From: Candidatus Magasanikiibacteriota bacterium
GTDB lineage: Bacteria > Patescibacteriota > Patescibacteriia > Magasanikbacterales > UBA922
Length of the DNA: 64,000 nt
Reading direction: 5' to 3'
NCBI GenBank assembly: GCA_041665025.1
Contig: JBAYJP010000003.1
Coordinates: 129,236 to 193,235, forward strand
Shown here: one piece after another, positions 56,123-64,000 of the stretch
Layout of the letters: every line of letters starts with the position of its first letter
Numbering within the stretch: the stretch's first letter is position 1
Notes under the pieces: model-generated
Told to the model about the DNA's origin: nothing
The model's database searches: none
The model's input: only the letters and a program-made list of their open reading frames with translations
Program-made: the position numbers and the translations under genes

Positions 56123-56917
56123 CTACTTTATACGATTGCACAAGAAATTCTTCAATTTAAGCGGCAGACAAAACAAAACAAAACGTACACAAATATTCCC
56201 AATACCGTCCCAAAATGGATATCCATACTTCTTTACTGCCCGCCACCGAGCTCGAATGGCATCATATTGCTGTCTCTTACTGCTGAGCGAAATATTTTGT
56301 ATATGTTCTCTTCGATATATTAACTTTTTATCCAAATTAGCGACAGTATATTTCCGCGCCGCTCTCAAAAGTAATTCATAATCCTGACTATTCTTGAATG
56401 TTTCATCATAGAAGCCTACGTCATCAAAGACTGACTTCTTTATCATGAGAGAACCGTGAATAAACTGATTGTTAAAAAGCATTTTTTTTACAATATCTTT
56501 ATGACCAGTCAAAACAGATTTTATGCCAATTTCCTTTCCATTCTCATTTATAATCCGTGCACTTGTACCCAAAACTGCTACGTCAGAATATTGTCCAAAA
56601 AAATTAAGCTGTTCTGCAATTCTATTTTTATTCGAAATATCGTCGGCGTCCATTCGTGCTATGTATACACCCCGTGCCTCACGAATTGCCTTGTTAAGAG
56701 AAAGAGTCAGACCGAGTCGTGAAGAATTGACTAATACCCTGACACGATTATCAACCGCTGTATAACTTTCCAAAATCCCCGCTGTATTATCTGTGGACCC
56801 ATCATTTATGATGATAAATTCAAAGTCAGTGTATGTCTGGTTAAGAATGCTATCTATTGCATCTGCCAAATACCGAGCCCCGTTGTAGACACTCATTATT
56901 ACAGAAACTTTGAACAT
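56123..56917 (-). CDS. Glycosyltransferase family 2
   Basis: MSVYNG, NDGSTD, RMDADD and QDYEL motifs. Confidence 0.92.
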   Translation of the reverse strand: MFKVSVIMSVYNGARYLADAIDSILNQTYTDFEFIIINDGSTDNTAGILESYTAVDNRVRVLVNSSRLGLTLSLNKAIREARGVYIARMDADDISNKNRIAEQLNFFGQYSDVAVLGTSARIINENGKEIGIKSVLTGHKDIVKKMLFNNQFIHGSLMIKKSVFDDVGFYDETFKNSQDYELLLRAARKYTVANLDKKLIYRREHIQNISLSSKRQQYDAIRARWRAVKKYGYPFWDGIGNICVRFVLFCLPLKLKNFLCNRIK

Positions 56918-56988
56918 AAAAATAGCTAATTATTGCCAAAAATTAGTAACTATAGTATGCTATAAACACTAAAAAAAGTCAACCCAGT

Positions 56989-58197
56989 ATGACCAATAAA
57001 AAAATACTATTTGTTATCACTCAAGGTGAATGGGGCGGTGCTCAACGCTATGTTTTTGATATAGCGACGCGTCTAGATAATGACTTTGACATAACCATCG
57101 CGATTGGTGAATTGAGAGCAAAAAACGATTTACAAGAAAAAATCAAAAGATTGTCCGACCAAGTCGAATCCGTCTTGGACGGAAAAGATCAAAAGATCAA
57201 AATAGTGGAACTTAGACATTTGATTCGAGCCATCTCCCCTATGCATGATATTTTAGCAATTTTTGAATTACGCAGGTTATATAAAATCCTCAAGCCAAAC
57301 ATTATACATCTCAACAGTTCTAAAGCTGGAATCGTTGGCTCAGTGGCAAAATCTTTAATCTTCAATCTTGAGTCTTCAACTATTTATACCGTGCATGGCT
57401 GGGTCTTCAATGAACCCACACGCAAAATTGGACGACTCCTCTACCGTTTCCTAGAAAAAATAACATCTCGATGGAAAGACAAGATCATTGTTTTATCAGA
57501 TAGAGATTTGCGAGATGGAATTAAACTTGGAATTGATAAAAGTAAATTTGTTAAAATACCCTTAGGCATCAAAATACCTCATTTCTTACACAAAGAAGAA
57601 GCAAGGGGAATATTGTCCAAAATATCCAATATCCAATATCCAATATCCAATATCCTCGTCGGTACAATTGCCAATCTCTACCCCAGTAAAGGTATTGATG
57701 TTTTAATTGAGGCTGCAAAAATTATCAATATCCAATATCCAATATCCAATATCCAATTTGTTGTCATCGGCGAAGGCTCAGAAAGAAAAAAACTTGAATC
57801 ACTGATTGCCAATTATAAACTGCAAAATATACATTTGATTGGTTCAGTTGAAAACGCTGCACAATATCTAAAAGCTTTTGATATCTTCGTTCTCCCCTCG
57901 AGAAAAGAGGGGCTCCCCTATACACTATTGGAAGCAATGTCTGCAGGGTTGCCCATTATAGCATCGGACGTTGGTGGCATTAGTTCGCTCATTGACAATA
58001 AGATCAATGGTTTAATAATCCCTCATGGACAACCAGAGAAACTTACAAAAATGATAGTGAGTTTATCTTGCAATACTAAACTTAGAGAAGAAATAAAAAA
58101 GCACGTAGTATCCAACTCACGTGCCTTTGACATTAAAGACATGATTACTCAGTTACAGGCTCTGTTTCTATCATTATCTCGGGAAGATTCAAAATAG
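56989..58197 (+). CDS. Glycosyltransferase family 4 carrying translated repeat inserts
   Basis: GGAQRYV, NSSKAG, YTVHGW and EGLPYTLLEAM motifs; overlaps the convergent ligase gene by 53 bp. Confidence 0.92.
   Translation: MTNKKILFVITQGEWGGAQRYVFDIATRLDNDFDITIAIGELRAKNDLQEKIKRLSDQVESVLDGKDQKIKIVELRHLIRAISPMHDILAIFELRRLYKILKPNIIHLNSSKAGIVGSVAKSLIFNLESSTIYTVHGWVFNEPTRKIGRLLYRFLEKITSRWKDKIIVLSDRDLRDGIKLGIDKSKFVKIPLGIKIPHFLHKEEARGILSKISNIQYPISNILVGTIANLYPSKGIDVLIEAAKIINIQYPISNIQFVVIGEGSERKKLESLIANYKLQNIHLIGSVENAAQYLKAFDIFVLPSRKEGLPYTLLEAMSAGLPIIASDVGGISSLIDNKINGLIIPHGQPEKLTKMIVSLSCNTKLREEIKKHVVSNSRAFDIKDMITQLQALFLSLSREDSK
57621..57757 (+). repeat. Two AATATCC tandem arrays inside a CDS
   Basis: (AATATCC)x5 at 57621-57655 and x4 at 57727-57754, each translated as NIQYPISNI. 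Confidence 0.95.
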
Positions 58198-60223
58198 CGT
58201 CCCTGACTTGTTTACCTTCACTATGAAAATTGACACCCTGTGCTTCTGCTTCACGTAGTAGCTCTTTTGCTTCAGTTATCTTTCCAGTCTCTTTTAAATA
58301 CACTGCTTTTCTCCACCAGCCTTCCTGAACCAATGGTTCATCTTGAATTGTCTGATCTACAAGAGCAAAAGCTTCATCAACTTTTCCCAACTGGATTTTA
58401 ATCACAGACAAAAAATATCTTATCTGTTGTCTTTTTGGCGAATATTGTTGAGCTTCAGTCAATATATTTTCTGCGGTTAGCAGGTAGGATAAATTTTGAG
58501 TAAGTCGTGCGCCATCCTGCGCAGTCTGGGCCATCTGAAGATGATAGCGAATATCCATGGGATGCAATTGCCTATTTTGTTCCAACAGATCCATCACAAA
58601 ATCTACCACCTGTTTTGCAGACTCAGTATTTTCTACTGTCTTTGAGGCGCTAATACCTGATCCGGTAACTCGCGCGACATCAGCACGTATGTCATCGATA
58701 TGTGGCGACGATATATTTTTTATTTTTTCAAGATCTTCACGCAAGGTTGCACCATTATTAGCTTGAAAATTCCTCAACAAATCGACAGTCGCTATATTTG
58801 CTCGCGCAGGATTGATATCGGTCGAGTACACCAACAATAATACTCCCGCAAATACCAACCCCAAAGTCCCCCAAGAAATATATTTTGCTTTATATTCCTT
58901 ATCCAAAATACCTTGACGAGCCATACTATTGATCATCGCCAAAAAGAAAAAGAAATATAGATACGAGGTAAGATTTTCAAAAACAAAAAAATTATGTACA
59001 AAATGAGCGCCCAAAAAGGAAACTCCATATATGAGTACATAGCGGTCGCCGTTTCCTCTTTTGTACTGCATGATCAATACTCCAAACGGCACAATAAACA
59101 ACGCAAGGTAAGATATAATGCCAATAAGACCTTGCTCAGCAAGTATGTTTAATACTGCATTGTGCGCATTGTCAAACCATGTCTCACCATACCCATGACG
59201 CAAAAAAGCAGGGTGGTAATATTTGTTAAAAGCATAATAATAATTCGTGGGACCCCATCCAAATACAGGTTTTTCTTTCCATGCCTCAATAGCTATTTCC
59301 CATGCCATAATACGGGTGTCGGCTGAATCTCGAGTTATGGAAGTATTTAATAATCTGCCAAATCCTGGTATACCTTTGACTACTGCACTCTCTCTAAATA
59401 AAAACGATAGTCCACCCACGATAACCAAACAGAAAAAAACCAATGCCATAATCTTTGACAATCGGCGATTCTTTGATGAAACTAGATATAGGACAAAGAC
59501 TGTTAGTACAGAGGCGAAAAATCCCAACATAGTACCGCGAGTTCCACTCAAAAAAATTGCTACTATACTAAATACAATTCCAATCAAAGCGTATATTTTC
59601 CATGCTCTATGTGTTTCCCATGCCCCAAGCAAGGCTGCGACAAACAACAAAAATAGTGCATATCCGCCATAATAAATTGGATTCCCCAAAGTCGAAGACA
59701 CGCGATCACTGCCGCGATTCAAAAGAAAATCCCGGTTGAAATATTGAATAAAACCAATAACTAAAACAACGAGTCCTGCTGAAAGAAAAAAACGTAAAAA
59801 TAATTTCCATTCTTCTTTTGTCTTAAAAACGCTCGTTATAATCAAATAATATAAGACATAATGAATCAATGTAAATGCACCGAGCATGCGTTCATGATTA
59901 TCCCACAGACTTCTGTACCAATCAACTCCTATAAACGTAGAAAAAATTTTACTTGCCAAAAAAATCATCACGGATACTGAAATGACCGATGCAATCTGTG
60001 GTTTATATTTCGCCCAATTTGATAGTGCAAGAATAATATAAGCTCCAAACATCAAAAGTATAATACTGCGCAGTACCACAATCTTGGGTACGATAAAAGG
60101 AAAAATAAAATGTGATGGAACTACGATAAGTGGAACAAAAAAACTTACAATAAGAAGCAGTAAAATAAACATCTTAATATACTTTTCTCTCATACTATGC
60201 GATTTATAATTAATAACATACAA
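58145..60223 (-). CDS. O-antigen ligase / O-oligosaccharyltransferase family protein with C-terminal TPR-like helices
   Basis: Many TMs; STLGNP, SGTRG, R...W, PVFGWG and DNAHN motifs. Confidence 0.88.
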   Translation of the reverse strand: MYVINYKSHSMREKYIKMFILLLLIVSFFVPLIVVPSHFIFPFIVPKIVVLRSIILLMFGAYIILALSNWAKYKPQIASVISVSVMIFLASKIFSTFIGVDWYRSLWDNHERMLGAFTLIHYVLYYLIITSVFKTKEEWKLFLRFFLSAGLVVLVIGFIQYFNRDFLLNRGSDRVSSTLGNPIYYGGYALFLLFVAALLGAWETHRAWKIYALIGIVFSIVAIFLSGTRGTMLGFFASVLTVFVLYLVSSKNRRLSKIMALVFFCLVIVGGLSFLFRESAVVKGIPGFGRLLNTSITRDSADTRIMAWEIAIEAWKEKPVFGWGPTNYYYAFNKYYHPAFLRHGYGETWFDNAHNAVLNILAEQGLIGIISYLALFIVPFGVLIMQYKRGNGDRYVLIYGVSFLGAHFVHNFFVFENLTSYLYFFFFLAMINSMARQGILDKEYKAKYISWGTLGLVFAGVLLLVYSTDINPARANIATVDLLRNFQANNGATLREDLEKIKNISSPHIDDIRADVARVTGSGISASKTVENTESAKQVVDFVMDLLEQNRQLHPMDIRYHLQMAQTAQDGARLTQNLSYLLTAENILTEAQQYSPKRQQIRYFLSVIKIQLGKVDEAFALVDQTIQDEPLVQEGWWRKAVYLKETGKITEAKELLREAEAQGVNFHSEGKQVRDAILNLPEIMIETEPVTE

Positions 60224-60259
60224 TATAATATATCATACAAAAATGATAACCTCAAGTAC

Positions 60260-60286
60260 AACAAAACCCGCCACAGGCGGGTTTTG
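60260..60286 (-). terminator. Terminator after the S-layer-like gene
   Basis: ACAAAACCCGCC stem paired with GGCGGGTTTTGT around a short loop. Confidence 0.8.
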
Positions 60287-60316
60287 TCTGACTTACTATG
60301 ACAAACTAGTTTTTCA

Positions 60317-63300
60317 CTAGAAGGTCAATGTCTTGCCATTCACATCATAACTATCAGATGCAGTATAGATGGTGGTGTTTTCACTACCATTTACTGGGGT
60401 GTAATAATAATTGATTACACCATTTGCCCAACCAGGTTCATTTGTACTATCTCCTTGAGAGAACCCAGTAGCACCATCGAGCTTAGCTGCTAAGTTGGCA
60501 GTCTGGCCAGCTGTCAATCCAGTTCTGATGTTGGATGTATTAGCTGTGACTTTGAAAGTCTTTGTTTCGCCAGCAGAAACGGTTAGGTTATCCATTCTGC
60601 TACTTGTGTCGTAATCAGTGTTGAATTTAGCAGTTAAAGCAGCGGTTGACGAACTTATGACATGCTCTGAAAAGAGAGGCAAGCCACTAGCTGCAATAAA
60701 GGTGCTAGAAGCGTATGTAGCCAATAATGTACTACCATCGTACAATTTGAAGTCATACACATAACCCAAACCAGCCAAACCAGCCGCAGAAATATAAACA
60801 CTTGTCGTGTTAATCCTCATGTCACGAGCACCAGGGTTGGTAACCGTAAATTTCATGAGTGTGGTTTCTGTGTCTGGAGTAGCAGAACCGCTTGGTGAGT
60901 CACTGGCAAGAGCAATGACAGGAGCGGTATTGTGGAACAACATTGGAGTACTTGTTCCAAAATTGGTTTCATTCGCGGTTGGATAGGTTGAACTACCTAC
61001 CTGGCTTCGAGCCAAGAGACCCGTAGCCGCATATGCTTCGAGATCAGTATTTGCGTCTGAATATACAACAGCACGAGCAAGAGTTGCAGGTGACATAACA
61101 CCAGAACCATTCACTGTAGCATAGAGATACAGTTTGTGTGTCGCACCACTTGGAATTGTATGGTTAAATCCAGTGAATACGACTGTTGCATTCGTACCAT
61201 CATCTACTACAGCACCAGTTGCAAGTACTGTTCCATCAGATGTCTTCAGGGTCAAGGCACCAAAGTTTGAAGATGAAGCCCTTGTAACATTTTCAACATT
61301 GCGTAGCGCATAGGTTACTTTACGAAGTTCAATATCGCTATTAAATGCTTCATATTTATGCACTGCAATTAATTGATTTTCGCCTGGAATCAAGATCTTG
61401 CTTTCTACTGTATCATCATTTGTAACCTTAAGTTTTGGAGATCCAAGAGTAATTGTCTGCAAAGCTGTTGCATTTATACTACCAGTTGCATCTGCCCCTG
61501 TAGTTCGACCAGTAGCTGTCAAACTGTGAACAGTCATAACAAAACTACCAGCTGGTACAACACTCTTTACATCACCTTTAATATCAAGGCTTACGACTTT
61601 ATTTGGATCAAGCAAAATACTAACTGAATATGTAGTACTCGCACTTGGAGTTACTGACTCACTACCTTGTAAAACGCCATCAAGATAAAGTCCTACATTT
61701 TCAACTGCTGTAGTTGTGCCGAAGCTCAATACAACAGAAGATATGTTTATACCTTCAGATGACCCTGTCTGTAGTTTGAATGAACCGAGTGTGGCATTTT
61801 GTCCACCAGAAGAGACAGTCATATCACCTACAGAGGTATTTTTTGCAAGTGTCAAGGAAGCTGCATTTACCGTAAGAACATTTCCAGGATATGCCGTTGT
61901 AGTATTTGGTTTATTCTGGAAATCAAGAGTTGAAAGTCTCTTTAGGTACATGTCACCAATTTTTACCATATATGAATCAGCTCCTGTTGCGCCGTCACCT
62001 ACATTTGCCACAACCTTTACGGTCTTGGTCTTACCAGATTGAATGGTCAAATATGTAGAAAGGTCGCGTTGTGTGGTACTTGCAAATGCTGAATCACCGT
62101 AGGAACTTGAAGCGAAGACTATTCCAGTATAAGCGGTAGACAAATATGTTGCTCCGGTCTCAGCATCGACAACTTTTACATTGCCGGTAAGATCTGGATC
62201 AAGAGGGTCACCAACTTCTACTTCAAGTACCATTTTACGAATTTCTACATCTTCTCCAATAGCCTTGATATCGAATATACCAAGAACTGTATCGGAACCT
62301 CCGGCGGAGATATTGTTTGAAGGAGAAGAAACAGATTTTTGTATTGACAAACTACCCTGTTTCATCTTGAACCAACCATTTGAAGATGTGTATCCACCAG
62401 ATGCAAAGGTACCAGGTGCAACATAATATCCACTATTAGCACCTTTTGCTTTTACATCATAATCACTCTGGATGAAAAGCGCAAAATATTTATTTGAACC
62501 ATCTAGAGCGTCAGCTTTGACCGTGAAAGTCTTTGAAAAACCTTTTTTCAAAGTGTAATTCATAGGAACAGTCACATAGCGATCAGAACCTGCTAATACA
62601 GTAGAACCAAGTTTCTCTCCAGTAGGTCCGTATACTGTATAATTTTGGATGTCATCATCAGATACCGTGCCTTGCACAAAGAAAGTTACACTTTCTACCA
62701 AGAGATCCTCGTTGCCACTTTCTGCAAGAGTAAATTTCATTACTTCTTTCTGAAGATCGCCAATTTCAAGTTGGCCTTCGTTTGCTGTATTTGCTGCAGT
62801 CGTATCATTTGCATAACCAGAAACTGCAGTAGTAGTTACGGTGTAACTTGCAAGCGTACCCGCAACAACTGTTGCTTGGTTGCTTGTTACTGGCAAACCA
62901 GCTACCGTTGCAGAAGGTGTGGTATCAACTTTTGTCACAGCCATCTGGAATGATGACGCATCTGCAGTAGAAGTCAGATTGACTTGAACAGATACAGTCA
63001 CACTACCATTTGCTGGAACAGTGATAGGATCAGAACCAAACCCAATTGAAGCCATTGCATTATCATCAAGAGATGAAACAACAGCACCATGGCGGTCGCC
63101 GCCTACCCATATACTAAGTCCATTAAATCCTGTTGAACCAACAAGACCTGTCTTTTTGAGCGTAAGACCAGTAACTTTGACTTCCTGACTACCAGCTGCC
63201 AACCTAACATGCAATACATCATTGAAAATACTTCCTTTTGCTGCCTGTAAACCTACTGGAGTATCACCAGCTAAGGACGCGGTCAAGGAACCAGCAACCT

Positions 63301-64000
63301 CGGAAACGGTATTCACCACTTCATCCAAAATCTCAGCTTCAGTAATTGTACCACTCTTTGTAGGAACGCTATCAAAAACAGATTGCGTTTCCGTGCGAAC
63401 AGAACCACTTGTGACTCCACTAAGTGTTCCATCGACTTTTTGTTTTTGACCATCATCAACATAATAAGTATCTCCACCAGCTACTTTTATAAGCATACCA
63501 TTGTGTGGTACTGCGCTAGTAATGGAGGCGCCATTGTCATTGAAAGCTGCGTCAAACAATCCATCTGGATAGTCTCTTAACATAGTACCCCAGTTTGCAC
63601 CATAGAGAGATGCGAGAACTGCTGGATCACTAAATTTCTTTACTTCACCACCTGGCAATATTGCATAGACTGATGGAGAAACCACTGTCTTTACGAGATA
63701 TGAACCTGCGCGGAAAGGTACTGAGCCACCGCTTGGGAAGGCATCAGTACAAGTAGGATCCATATCTTTACTTACTCCAGTAAAATCTGGAAACCAGGTC
63801 TTGTAGACCGAGTCATTAAAGAAATACTGGCGTTTCATTGCAGAAGTGACCAAGTATACAGCAGTATTGCCTTTTACTTGGAACAAATCTCCGGCTTCAA
63901 GCGCTGGACATGTAACTGCCTGAGCAACTGATGGGACAAGAGCCGCAAGGCCCATGCTCCATACAATTGTCAAAGTGACAACAGAAAATGTGAAGAGCTT
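60317..64000 (-). CDS. Large secreted S-layer-like protein; start lies beyond the window
   Basis: Frame stays open to base 64000 (KLFTFSVVTLTIVWSMGLAAL signal peptide); more than 1220 aa, Thr/Ser/Gly/Val-rich tandem beta-sandwich-like modules. Confidence 0.82.
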   Translation of the reverse strand, partial: KLFTFSVVTLTIVWSMGLAALVPSVAQAVTCPALEAGDLFQVKGNTAVYLVTSAMKRQYFFNDSVYKTWFPDFTGVSKDMDPTCTDAFPSGGSVPFRAGSYLVKTVVSPSVYAILPGGEVKKFSDPAVLASLYGANWGTMLRDYPDGLFDAAFNDNGASITSAVPHNGMLIKVAGGDTYYVDDGQKQKVDGTLSGVTSGSVRTETQSVFDSVPTKSGTITEAEILDEVVNTVSEVAGSLTASLAGDTPVGLQAAKGSIFNDVLHVRLAAGSQEVKVTGLTLKKTGLVGSTGFNGLSIWVGGDRHGAVVSSLDDNAMASIGFGSDPITVPANGSVTVSVQVNLTSTADASSFQMAVTKVDTTPSATVAGLPVTSNQATVVAGTLASYTVTTTAVSGYANDTTAANTANEGQLEIGDLQKEVMKFTLAESGNEDLLVESVTFFVQGTVSDDDIQNYTVYGPTGEKLGSTVLAGSDRYVTVPMNYTLKKGFSKTFTVKADALDGSNKYFALFIQSDYDVKAKGANSGYYVAPGTFASGGYTSSNGWFKMKQGSLSIQKSVSSPSNNISAGGSDTVLGIFDIKAIGEDVEIRKMVLEVEVGDPLDPDLTGNVKVVDAETGATYLSTAYTGIVFASSSYGDSAFASTTQRDLSTYLTIQSGKTKTVKVVANVGDGATGADSYMVKIGDMYLKRLSTLDFQNKPNTTTAYPGNVLTVNAASLTLAKNTSVGDMTVSSGGQNATLGSFKLQTGSSEGINISSVVLSFGTTTAVENVGLYLDGVLQGSESVTPSASTTYSVSILLDPNKVVSLDIKGDVKSVVPAGSFVMTVHSLTATGRTTGADATGSINATALQTITLGSPKLKVTNDDTVESKILIPGENQLIAVHKYEAFNSDIELRKVTYALRNVENVTRASSSNFGALTLKTSDGTVLATGAVVDDGTNATVVFTGFNHTIPSGATHKLYLYATVNGSGVMSPATLARAVVYSDANTDLEAYAATGLLARSQVGSSTYPTANETNFGTSTPMLFHNTAPVIALASDSPSGSATPDTETTLMKFTVTNPGARDMRINTTSVYISAAGLAGLGYVYDFKLYDGSTLLATYASSTFIAASGLPLFSEHVISSSTAALTAKFNTDYDTSSRMDNLTVSAGETKTFKVTANTSNIRTGLTAGQTANLAAKLDGATGFSQGDSTNEPGWANGVINYYYTPVNGSENTTIYTASDSYDVNGKTLTF

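Noticed and set aside
1-64000. Diversity-generating retroelement, prophage or IS
   Set aside because: No reverse transcriptase, adenine-specific TR/VR pair, phage gene or transposase recognised.

Overview
AT-rich bacterial DNA with genetic code 11. Gene content and style point to a Patescibacteria/CPR genome, probably Parcubacteria and Magasanikbacteria-like; this placement is inference. The left third holds housekeeping genes (aminotransferase, tkt, truB, rny, HU, class B PBP, pilT, corA) and four tRNAs. About 16.8-60.2 kb is a large surface-glycan locus (nucleotide-sugar enzymes, 9 or more glycosyltransferases, 5 methyltransferases, ABC flippase, priming transferase, O-antigen ligase) ending at a truncated S-layer-like gene. 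Non-routine signals: (1) four GC-rich units (about 65% GC in sampled lines), three of them SD-led genes whose GC-rich stretch sits between an AT-rich promoter and a terminator; (2) a ~225 nt rod-like structured RNA candidate (6S-like) ahead of rny; (3) a duplicated pseudo-tRNA unit with palindrome insertions behind each tRNA-Pro; (4) pervasive 7/8-mer arrays and REP-like palindromes, several translated in frame inside proteins; (5) a TGA in place of a conserved Gly, five codons before the phospho-His of a PEP-utilising domain. No CRISPR array, integrase, transposase or reverse transcriptase was seen.
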